Source: Terriglobia bacterium | GTDB lineage: Bacteria; Acidobacteriota; Terriglobia; Acidiferrales; UBA7541 | Assembly: GCA_963695545.1 (NCBI GenBank) | Contig: OY968796.1 | Location: forward strand, 224,001 to 288,000 | Length of the DNA: 64,000 nt | Direction of reading: 5' to 3' | In this document: one piece after another, positions 21,328-29,471 of the stretch | Layout of the letters: every line of letters starts with the position of its first letter | How positions within the stretch are numbered: the first letter of the stretch is position 1 | The notes under the pieces: model-generated | Databases searched by the model: none | The model's input: only the letters and a program-made list of their open reading frames with translations | Told to the model about the DNA's origin: nothing | Made by a program: the position numbers and the translations under genes

Positions 21328-22155
21328 ATGATCGGGACGCTACCGAAGCCGTTTCGACCGTTACCTCTTAAACCTAGACGGCTTCTAAAAGAGTCTAACG
21401 TGACTATAGCCCTAGGTTTCCGCACAAATGACGGTGTCGTGATCGCCGCTGACAGTCAAGAAACAATCTCAGGATACATTAAGGGAAATAAAGGCAAGGT
21501 CCGATTAACTCTCTACTCAAACGGGAACGCCCTTGTTTTTACAGGTTCAGGAACAAGCGATTACATCAGTACGGCGATTGATAAAGCTGGCGAGGACTTG
21601 CACAAGATTGATAATTTCACCGACATCCGATACGAGTTAGAAGAAAGACTTCTGGCTTTCTTCAATAAACATATTGCACCGTGGGCGTATTTTCCAGAAA
21701 GCGAGCGTCCAAGCGTGGAATTGCTCATCGGCGTGTCTTGCCGAAAGGGAGGTCACGGTCTTTTCCACTACTCCGGTACAGCGTTCCATTCGGTAGGGGA
21801 AAAAGCCATCGGCTCCGGAGTGCTTCTGGCCAATGGGCTGATCTCTCAACTGTTTTCTGTGGCCGATTCAGTTACCCAAGCTACGAAGCTGGCAGTATAC
21901 ATTCTGTCGAAATCGAAAAAACAAGTCGATGGATGCGGTGGATTCACGAGCTTAATGGCCCTCAAGGGTAAGGGTGATTGGCTACTTACGGAAACGAAAG
22001 ACGTGGAACAGATGGAAAAAGAATGCGAGGAATTAGAAGGTAGGTCGATTAAGTCCCTAAGAAATGAAATCGTCAACAGGCCATTCGAGATGCTTTGGCA
22101 CAGTGAATTCATGGCAAGGAAAAAGGCATTGAAGTCAAAAACGGAGCCGAAATAA
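21328..22155 (+). CDS. Proteasome beta-subunit-like Ntn hydrolase (IS passenger)
   Basis: TIALGFRTNDGVVIAADSQET, a Lys near position 33, TGSG, AIGSG, DGCGG. Start is ATG 21328 (possible propeptide) or GTG 21400 (giving Thr1 directly). Confidence 0.78.
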   Translation: MIGTLPKPFRPLPLKPRRLLKESNVTIALGFRTNDGVVIAADSQETISGYIKGNKGKVRLTLYSNGNALVFTGSGTSDYISTAIDKAGEDLHKIDNFTDIRYELEERLLAFFNKHIAPWAYFPESERPSVELLIGVSCRKGGHGLFHYSGTAFHSVGEKAIGSGVLLANGLISQLFSVADSVTQATKLAVYILSKSKKQVDGCGGFTSLMALKGKGDWLLTETKDVEQMEKECEELEGRSIKSLRNEIVNRPFEMLWHSEFMARKKALKSKTEPK

Positions 22156-22172
22156 AAAGCACGACTTTGAAT

Positions 22173-22514
22173 TCATTCGTTGAGTTCAGCAATGGCGACG
22201 CGGGTGCCATTTTCTAGGTGCACGATCAGCATTGCGGCAAAGTCAATCTGTGCTCGCTGGGGCGAAAAGAATTGATGATATTCGTCAAACCGCGCATCTG
22301 AAAACTCGAATGAAGCATGATGAAGATTGATCGAAAGAAGGAAATCCTTAGGATTTATGGATTCTATGCAGAAATGCGATTCGGCCAAAGACGCGTGCGA
22401 CACGCGCCCCACAAACCAAAAAGTCAAAAGGCCCGTCGAGGCTACGTATAGCGTTGCCGACTCGCTCTTCCACTTGTTTAGCTGTGATAGCGCCTCTTCT
22501 GGAGATGAACGCAT
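22173..22514 (-). CDS. Hypothetical protein (IS passenger)
   Basis: 113-aa ORF, AAGGA upstream, AT-rich, convergent on the Ntn gene, downstream of the transposase. Confidence 0.65.
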   Translation of the reverse strand: MRSSPEEALSQLNKWKSESATLYVASTGLLTFWFVGRVSHASLAESHFCIESINPKDFLLSINLHHASFEFSDARFDEYHQFFSPQRAQIDFAAMLIVHLENGTRVAIAELNE

Positions 22515-22627
22515 GTTCTTAGTCCTTGCTATGCGATGTGGTTTAGACGAAGCCTGCTACTGGGCTTTTCGTTTTCACTGGAAAATTAAGAGGCCGCTAG
22601 CGGTTTTGAAGATCATGGGTTTTCCTA

Positions 22628-23506
22628 TCATGCGGTCAACCGCTCAAAGGTCAAAGTCGGCGCGGTGACCATGTGTCGCAGCGTATCTAGGAACAGATCG
22701 GAATTCTTTCGGCGATTGAATCGGAATGTCATTTCGTTTAGATAGGACGCGAGATGCTTTGCGCTGACGTTGTGCCAAGTGCCCATGATGCCGCGCTTCA
22801 AAAGCGAGAACGCGGATTCAACGGTATTGGTGTGAACCACGCCGCGAACGTATTCTTTGCTGTGATTGATGGTCTTGTGGGCCGCACCTTGCTTCCCCTT
22901 GAGTGCCCACGGGTAGATCGGCGATTCGTCCGTCATAATCACTTCCACGTCTTCGCTGAGGTTCTCGCCAATGATTTGGCGCACGGTTTTGGAATTGGCA
23001 TCGCTCGCATGGATGAATCGCAGTTCGCCGTTGCGCTTGCGGATTCCGAAAACGACTTCCTTCTCGCGGCGCGGCTGCCAGCGGCGAGCTTTTCCGCCAA
23101 CATAGGTTTCGTCAATTTCGACTGTGCCATCCATCATCGGTTTATCGGCTTCGACCATCGCTGCGCGGATTCTGTGGCAGAGATACCATGCTGTTTTGTA
23201 GCCGCCGATTCCGAGCGTCCGTTGAATCTGGCAAGCGGACATTCCCTTCTTTGCTTCACAAAGAAGGAACGTAGCCGCGAACCACTTTTCCAACGGCAAA
23301 TGAGAGTCATTGAAGATCGTGCCAGCGGTGACGGAGAATTGGTAGTCGCAGTCTTTGCAGTAGAACAATTGCTTTTCGGTCGCCAGTTCTACCACGTCGC
23401 CTTTGCAACGCAGGCAGCGCGGCCCTTCCGGCCAGCGGAGACGAGCCAGCAATTCGCGGCACTTGGCTTCAGTCGAGAACATCGTGTGTACGTCAATTAG
23501 GTTCAC
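22628..23506 (-). CDS. IS1595-family (ISXO2-like) DDE transposase
   Basis: Zn ribbon CLRC...CKDC; EIDETY, MTDES, HTNTVES, YLNEMTFRFNRR. GGAGG RBS before GTG 23506. Confidence 0.96.
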   Translation of the reverse strand: MNLIDVHTMFSTEAKCRELLARLRWPEGPRCLRCKGDVVELATEKQLFYCKDCDYQFSVTAGTIFNDSHLPLEKWFAATFLLCEAKKGMSACQIQRTLGIGGYKTAWYLCHRIRAAMVEADKPMMDGTVEIDETYVGGKARRWQPRREKEVVFGIRKRNGELRFIHASDANSKTVRQIIGENLSEDVEVIMTDESPIYPWALKGKQGAAHKTINHSKEYVRGVVHTNTVESAFSLLKRGIMGTWHNVSAKHLASYLNEMTFRFNRRKNSDLFLDTLRHMVTAPTLTFERLTA

Positions 23507-23703
23507 AGGGAGCCTCCAGTGGAGAAGGACGCTAGAAACAAGCTGTTGAAGCAAGTGCCTACTCGCAAGCTGTTGGCGAGCGTGAAGAAAGACATCCGGC
23601 GCACTATTCGGGCCGCTACCGCCAAGTCGAAGCCGAAGTAGGAGTCGCTTTCCATGAGAGAAGTGTCCCATGAAGCCTAACTTTTGTCAAGTGAATAATC
23701 CTG

Positions 23704-23790
23704 CTTTAAGTCCTTTGCGCCAGAACTGGTGATTCTAATGGGGTTAAAATGGCGTTTTTCAGAAGTGTTGGTTCTAAAAGGGTTGGGGGG
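23704..23790. repeat. Right part of the 39-bp periodic repeat element
   Basis: GAACTGGTGATTCTAATGGGGTT at 23723 and GAAGTGTTGGTTCTAAAAGGGTT at 23762. Confidence 0.78.
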
Positions 23791-23866
23791 CGCGAATTGC
23801 AAAAATGGCTGGATTTTCCGCCTTCGCGAACGCTTCGGCGCGACAGGGAGCGGGCACGGTTGGAGC

Positions 23867-23925
23867 GTTCCGCCTTCGCCAAGGCTACGTCGGACAGTTC
23901 CGCCTTCGCCAAGGATACGTCGGAC
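23867..23925. repeat. 30-bp tandem REP-like repeat
   Basis: GTTCCGCCTTCGCCAAGG(C/A)TACGTCGGAC twice; a degenerate third copy near 23816. Confidence 0.9.
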
Positions 23926-23993
23926 TTCGGGCTTAGGCGGGCGGGTTGCCGATCGTTTCAGCGGCGAGGATGTGCGTTTGCAGATCACAGGCG

Positions 23994-24023
23994 ATGTTAG
24001 CACGGTGGTAATCTACGTGTCAA
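23994..24023 (-). promoter_or_regulatory. Sigma70-type promoter facing the repeat element and IS
   Basis: TTGACA-18 bp-TAACAT with extended TGn on the minus strand. Confidence 0.5.
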
Positions 24024-24091
24024 TGTTATTCATCGGCTATTCGAATAGAAGCCTGTGGAAATTATTTCGAATGGCGGGTGAGCGATAAAGC

Positions 24092-24170
24092 GAATCTGAA
24101 AGACGAACGGCCCCACCCTTTGCGTTCCGCAAACGATGGGCACACTCAGGTCAAAGGCGTGGCCACGCGT
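24092..24170 (+). repeat. ~80-bp hairpin-containing repeat, copy A
   Basis: GAATCTGAAAGACGAACGGCCCCACCCTTTGCGTTCCGCAAACGATGGGCACACTCAGGTCAAAGGCGTGGCCACGCG; direct copy at 25371-25450. Confidence 0.88.
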
Positions 24171-24177
24171 CCACGGG

Positions 24178-25161
24178 TTAGGGGACGTCGAAAACCGCGC
24201 CCGAGGCCCTAAAGCATGAATTCTTGAACCTAGCTCCAACCATACTGGTAGCTGCCTCCATAAAACCGGGTGGCGGCGTCATTTCGATGAGTTTGGGATT
24301 AGCGTAGCGAACGTGGATCACAAGATTCCCGTATTCGTCCACGATGTCTAAGGTGCTTTTGTCATTCTCCTTCATCTCCAGATAATTATTGCGATTTATT
24401 ACGAAGCCGTCGTCATTCAATCGCACGATTATTCTCCCGTCCGCGCTTCGTAAATCCATGATTATTGCGAGGGAACCATCTGCCCCGCGATTTACGGAAA
24501 GGATGCTTCCCCTGCTTTGTGAGAGAAATATTGGATGAGGAAATTTTTGAACAACGTACGCATTCGTATCGATCATCAAAATTACTGCATCATCAGGAAT
24601 CGGCACGTTGCCACACAAGCCAGCTGGAGTAGGATCCGATGCCGGAAACAATTTGCCGCTCAAACCTTCGGCGAGCTGTTCTTGGCGCGTAAGAAGTGCA
24701 TCCTCCTTTTTCAATGAGATCGAAAATCCTTGCTGTTCTTGTTTTTCAGCACTGAGAAATTCTCGCCGTTCCGCCTGCTGGGCGTCGTCAAACTTCTGCA
24801 TCTCACCTTGAAAGTCTTGCTGCTCTTGGTTCATCCCGCTCTGGCCTTGGCTCAAGATTTGTTGAAGGGCGCATTGCTCTTGGTTAACCAATTTGGCCTG
24901 ATTGTCATCGTTGCTCTTGATTGCCTTCATTTCCACAAAGAAAAATCCGAATGCTGCTGCAATCCATATGGACTTCAGGTAAGGTGCCGATTTTCCGGCT
25001 GTTTTGTCGACCCGTCCCCAAGCCAACGGCATCAGAATAGCGACAAGACCGAGGACGAGGCCGGCCATTCCCAATGTCGGAACGTGGAAGAAATACCAAT
25101 AAACTCCGAGCGGAAGGAGAACAGCGACCGACCAAGGCCAGAGCCTGAGAATTTTCGCCAT
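24178..25161 (-). CDS. Hypothetical membrane protein (3 TM, Gln-rich coiled coil, beta-rich C-terminal domain)
   Basis: Long AT-richer ORF; GAGGGG RBS before ATG 25161. Confidence 0.8.
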   Translation of the reverse strand: MAKILRLWPWSVAVLLPLGVYWYFFHVPTLGMAGLVLGLVAILMPLAWGRVDKTAGKSAPYLKSIWIAAAFGFFFVEMKAIKSNDDNQAKLVNQEQCALQQILSQGQSGMNQEQQDFQGEMQKFDDAQQAERREFLSAEKQEQQGFSISLKKEDALLTRQEQLAEGLSGKLFPASDPTPAGLCGNVPIPDDAVILMIDTNAYVVQKFPHPIFLSQSRGSILSVNRGADGSLAIIMDLRSADGRIIVRLNDDGFVINRNNYLEMKENDKSTLDIVDEYGNLVIHVRYANPKLIEMTPPPGFMEAATSMVGARFKNSCFRASGAVFDVP

Positions 25162-25370
25162 GATGGCCCCTCGCACGTTAAGGCTTAAGACCTTAGCCGG
25201 AAACGGTGTCGCTTTAGTTTATCCTCTGTCGACACGATAATCCTACGTAAGTTCGTCGTGACTGCGGGGGAAGGCCCCATGCGTGAATTTGACGAGTGGC
25301 GCACCGCTGGGAGCCGAGACTGCAAAAGCAGATTCCTCACCGCCGAACGCCGGCGACAGGGTTCGGAGAT

Positions 25371-25450
25371 GAATCTGGAAGACGGACAGCCCCACCCTTT
25401 GCGTTTCGCAAAGAATGGGCCACCCTCAGGTCAAGGGCGGGGCCACCCGC
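25371..25450 (+). repeat. ~80-bp hairpin-containing repeat, copy B
   Basis: GAATCTGGAAGACGGACAGCCCCACCCTTTGCGTTTCGCAAAGAATGGGCCACCCTCAGGTCAAGGGCGGGGCCACCCG. Confidence 0.88.
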
Positions 25451-25628
25451 GAAAGGCGGGAGGAGGCAAGTTTGCCGGGCCGGGCCGCGCTGCTTCCGCT
25501 GCGGACGGGATAGAGAACTCGTGGCCAGGGCAGCGGCGGAATCTGTCTACGGCGGAGGCAATAACATATTAAAGTCAGTACACTAGGGCTGGTGTGTTGA
25601 ATCTTGTCAACAAAGGGGAAGTATATGA

Positions 25629-26603
25629 TTGACAGGGGCTTTCGAGAAATTCGCACGAGCAACTCGGTTCAAGAATCCTGGTAAGGACTACTGCGCCTTG
25701 CTGGCCACGCTAACCTATTCTGCGTATTTGGACGAGAGTTTCGATATGAGAGGCGAGGGGTTCTTCTCCGTTGGCGGACTTATCGGAGACGGCAACAGTC
25801 TGTTCGAGCTAGATCGACAATGGGCACTTCTTCTCAAGCGTCCCAATATCGACATCGAGTATTTCAAGGCTTCCGAGTGTGAGCTAGGCACAGGCCAGTT
25901 TAAAAAGTTCGTTAAAGTTGAGCGTCACCCCACTCGCGAAGAAGCAAAGACGCTAAACGCAATCAGCATGGAATTTATCGACCTAATTCTGCGATACAAG
26001 ATAATCGGTCACGGGATCAGCGTTCTCCAAAAAGACTTCTACGAAGTCATAAAAGAGCCGGTGGCAAAAGATGTTTTTGGTGGAAGCCCTTACCGGATCG
26101 GCTACGACCTTGCCATGATTCAGTGTGCTTGGATTATGAAACACTTAGAACGATTACTGAAAGAAGAAGAGAAAATTCGACCGTGGAACCATGTTTCAAA
26201 GCCCGACGTTTGCTTTTTCTGCGATGAACACGAGGAGCACAGCATCCTTGGCAGAGAGGCATACCTCAATCTAAGGAAGACTAACGAGGAAGCCGCTCAA
26301 TACATGGCTACGTGGGACTACGGAGAGGATAAGGTATATCCGGTCCTGCAGGCCGCAGACGCGATTGTGTATGAAGTAAGAAGGGCTAACCGTTTAGATG
26401 TGAGCCGTGACGGGGAAATTAGGCCACAATTCAAACGGCTCGCCGACGCCAAGAGAATGGCCCTCATTCAAATTGCAAACAAGGAAAATCTTCTGAATAT
26501 CCTCACCACCCAAAAGCCCGGAGAACCGTTGAAGTTGTCTGAAATCATGGAAAGAGTGTTCGAGGCGAATATCAAATTCGATTTTTATGAGCCGCCAAAA
26601 TGA
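25629..26603 (+). CDS. DUF3800-like (RNase H-like fold) protein
   Basis: AYLDES near the N-terminus, FSVGG, YFKASEC, FFCDE, LQAADAIVYE; AT-richer than the host genes. Confidence 0.72.
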   Translation: MTGAFEKFARATRFKNPGKDYCALLATLTYSAYLDESFDMRGEGFFSVGGLIGDGNSLFELDRQWALLLKRPNIDIEYFKASECELGTGQFKKFVKVERHPTREEAKTLNAISMEFIDLILRYKIIGHGISVLQKDFYEVIKEPVAKDVFGGSPYRIGYDLAMIQCAWIMKHLERLLKEEEKIRPWNHVSKPDVCFFCDEHEEHSILGREAYLNLRKTNEEAAQYMATWDYGEDKVYPVLQAADAIVYEVRRANRLDVSRDGEIRPQFKRLADAKRMALIQIANKENLLNILTTQKPGEPLKLSEIMERVFEANIKFDFYEPPK

Positions 26604-26669
26604 AAAATGACAAATCAAAGGAATATCAGAATTTTGGGCCCGCAATGGATGAAGTACTTAAAGTGTCCC

Positions 26670-27830
26670 CCACGCGGAGATTGCTGCGCCATGACGTCCT
26701 CGTGGGACGTCGTTAGGGACGGTGGTGATGTATGCGGCGACGGGTGCGATCGTCCTCGACCAGGAGTACTGAGTATTGCCTGCCAGAATGTCGCTGTGGT
26801 CTTCGACCTCCGCGACGGCCTTCGGCAGAGCGGTGGGGTTCGCGCGTTGGATGCGTACCCAGGGTTTCCTCGCTCTGGGCTAAGGTGTGTCGCACGTACG
26901 GGGCATCAAAAGGGGCAGTGGCGAGTGACGAGTGGCGAGTGGCGAGAGAGCGCGGGCCCCTCGACTGCGCTCGGGACTGCGCGAAGCGCGGCGGAAGGCG
27001 GCGATTGAGGTTGGATGGGAAAGTCAAAGGCCCCACACGCAAAATCGGCGTATGGGGCACACGGGAAAACGGCAAGGCGAAGAGGAAAAAACGGGCGGGA
27101 GGCAAAACCGACTGCGGGAAAAAGGCAAGGCGAGGAGGGAGCGAAGAATGCCTTGCGGCGACAGAGGAAACCTACAGAGGGCTCCCTCGTCGCGGACTCC
27201 TCGGGATGAGGGGCGATGGGACGTGCCCCTCAGATGCGCTCGGGATGACCATTGATGACCATTATGGGAGGGGCTGAAAGGCGACGGAGAGATCCCTCGT
27301 CGCTACGCTCGCTTGGGATGACCCGATCGGAGAGAGGGCGACGGGCGTTAGGGGCGAGTGAGGAGGGAAAGAGAGAAGAGTGCCTTGCGGCGACGGAGAG
27401 GTCCCTCGTCGCTACGCTCGCTCGGGATGACGAGTGTGGGAGAAAGGGCGATGGGGCGTTAGCGGCGATTACGGCCCGAAAGCGCGAAGATGCCAGCCTG
27501 AAGGCTGGCGCTACACAAGCACAGCATGCCTTGCGGCGACGGAGAGGTCCCTCGTCGCTGCGCTCGCTCGGGATGACCAATGTGGGAGAAAGGGCGATGG
27601 GGCGTTAGCGGCGATTACGGCCCGAAAGCGCGAAGATGCCAGCCTGAAGGCTGGCGCTACGCAAGCACAGAATGCCTTGCGGCGACGGAGAGGTCCCTCG
27701 GCTGCGCTCGGGATGACCAGGTTTTTTTGGGGCGAGCAGCGCCTTGCGGCGACGGAGAGGTTCGAGAGGCGGTGGCGAGTGGCGAGTGACGAGAGGCGTG
27801 TGGCGAGAGAGGATGGGGCGTTGAAAACTG
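26670..27830. repeat. Mosaic cluster of REP-like palindromes, including a 146-bp tandem repeat
   Basis: 146-bp units start at 27381, 27527 and 27673 (partial). Recurrent GCCTTGCGGCGACGGAGAGG and CCCTCG...CGGGATGAC; AGTGGCG heptamer runs at ~26917 and ~27771; hairpin CCCCACACGC..GCGTATGGGG at ~27031. Confidence 0.92.
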
Positions 27831-28015
27831 AAACGGTCGGATATAAGGTATCGGCCGCACGGGAATTCAAAACGGAGATTCCGGCTGAGTTGCTCTGCTC
27901 GTGGGGGCGCCGTAGATAGAGCGATTTATCTGGCGTCCCGGTGATCTCGTCTACAATTCTTAGAGACAGGACAGCGGTGCGGGGCGAGCATAGTTCTATA
28001 AATGAAAGGAAGGTC

Positions 28016-28738
28016 ATGGAGAAGCAAGCAGGCGATCACGTCAACGGGAAGCCAAGTGAGACCGACGGAGCGGCCGCTAAGCCCACCTGGGCGCGCTCGG
28101 GCGAGTTTGTCACCGAGATGTTCGAGTACGACGGCGGACGGCAGGTGACGGTATACGTCCCGGCGGACCGGCCCGAAGCAATCGTCTTCGCGGGCGACGG
28201 TCAGCGAATCTCGAAGTGGTGCCGGTTGCTCGGGAAGGCCGACGTACCGTCCACAATGATCGTCGGCGTACATGGGCTGAGCGATGAGATGCTGCGGCTG
28301 CATGAGTACTCACCGGGATTTGAGCCGGAGCGGTTCGCGGCACATGAGAAGTTTTTCGTCGAAGACGTTCGGCGATGGACGGAGGCGCGGTTTGGCGTGG
28401 CGCTGCCCACTGAACGTACCGCAGTGTTCGGCGTCTCGGCGGGTGGAGAGCTGGCGCTCGCTCTTGGGCTTCGGAATCCACGTGTATACGGCGCGATCTT
28501 CTGCGCCTCGCCCGGCGGCGGTTACAAGCCGCCTGAGGTTATGCCGAGTCCGCTTCCGCGCACATACCTTGTCGCCGGAACAGAGGAGCCGTTCTTCCTC
28601 GGGAACGCAAGGAAGTGGGCGGACGCGCTGCGCGATGCGGGCGCGGACGTCGTGATGAATGAGCGAGCCGGATCGCACGGCGGCCCATTCTGGCGAGAAG
28701 AGTTCCCGCTGATGGTGGCGTGGGCATTCGGACGATGA
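28016..28738 (+). CDS. Alpha/beta hydrolase (esterase family)
   Basis: GVSAGG nucleophile elbow and C-terminal GSH; AGGAAGG RBS. Confidence 0.88.
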   Translation: MEKQAGDHVNGKPSETDGAAAKPTWARSGEFVTEMFEYDGGRQVTVYVPADRPEAIVFAGDGQRISKWCRLLGKADVPSTMIVGVHGLSDEMLRLHEYSPGFEPERFAAHEKFFVEDVRRWTEARFGVALPTERTAVFGVSAGGELALALGLRNPRVYGAIFCASPGGGYKPPEVMPSPLPRTYLVAGTEEPFFLGNARKWADALRDAGADVVMNERAGSHGGPFWREEFPLMVAWAFGR

Positions 28739-29033
28739 CCCATCATAAGTACGGCATGGGGATCAGCATGAGTTAGAGATGCCGGATGTCCGATGTAAAC
28801 AGATTAATCCCGCTTCAAATATTTAGGACGTCTAGGCACGGCTTACCCGGCACGGTGGGCGGGCGTCGTTAAGGGAGTGGCGTGTGGCTAGTGGCGAGTG
28901 GCGGGAGAGGATGGGGCGCTAGCGGCGATTGCGGTTGGAGAGAGCGAAGAGTGCGTTGCGGCTACGGAGAGGCTCCTTCGCCGCGGTCCTTGCTTCGCCG
29001 GAGCTGCGGCGCCGGGCGGGCTCGATGACAACG

Positions 29034-29231
29034 TTAGGACGAAGGCTCGTGGTCCTCTGGACGCGGGCGCGCGCTTGGAGCGGCGGTGAGCGCGCGATAC
29101 TCGGCCGAGAGCGTGCGAATCTCTGCCAGAAGAACTGCGTAGTGCGGATTTTTTGCGCTGGTGTGCTCCAGCTGCGTCCACAATTCCTGAATGCGCTGCA
29201 ACTTCTGGCTTGCGACGTTCCCAATGTCCAT
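29034..29231 (-). CDS. Small hypothetical helical protein (65 aa)
   Basis: ATG preceded by AGGA; amphipathic helical pattern; sits in unique sequence between repeats. Confidence 0.55.
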   Translation of the reverse strand: MDIGNVASQKLQRIQELWTQLEHTSAKNPHYAVLLAEIRTLSAEYRALTAAPSARPRPEDHEPSS

Positions 29232-29342
29232 GCGCCGAGTCCTGAATCGGGATGATTGCCTGAGGCCGATTGGATGTGATTTGAGCGGCGAAAGATACGG
29301 CGGCGTTGCGAATTGGGCGCTAGCGGCGATTGAGGACGGAAA

Positions 29343-29453
29343 GAGCGAAGAGTGCCATGCGGCGACAGAGGAAACCTACAGAGGGCTCCCTCGTCGCGGA
29401 CCCCTCGGGATGAGGGGCGATGGGACGTGCCCCTCAGCTTCGGCCGGGATGAC
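29343..29453 (+). repeat. 111-bp direct repeat of 27139-27249
   Basis: Near-identical GAGCGAAGA.TGCC.TGCGGCGACAGAGGAAACCTACAGAGGGCTCCCTCGTCGCGGAC.CCTCGGGATGAGGGGCGATGGGACGTGCCCCTCAG...GGGATGAC. Confidence 0.93.
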
Positions 29454-29471
29454 AACATTGGGACAAAGGCG

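Larger units (their letters stand above)
21289..23703 (-). mobile_element. IS1595-family element with passenger genes (tIS), 2415 bp
   Basis: TIRs CAAGATGATTCACTTGACAAAAGT (21289-21312) and the reverse complement of 23680-23703 match 22/24. Direct repeat CTTTAAG at 21282-21288 and 23704-23710. ISXO2-like transposase inside. Confidence 0.92.

Noticed and set aside
21233..23790. CRISPR or TIGR-type guide array
   Set aside because: Only three degenerate units with 16-bp spacers and no recognisable effector. Kept as an unexplained array instead.
25600..25632. Second IS1595 end (GTCAACAAAGGGGAAGTATATGATT)
   Set aside because: Only loosely similar to the TIR; no partner inverted repeat or TSD found.
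27139..27830. CRISPR array, or coding ORFs in the repeat mosaic
   Set aside because: Inter-repeat sequences are themselves duplicated and spacing is irregular. The ORFs are translations of repeats.
24092..29453. Integron attC cassette array
   Set aside because: GTTAG-like words occur, but I could not find paired RYYYAAC/GTTRRRY boxes, genes are on both strands, and no integrase is present.
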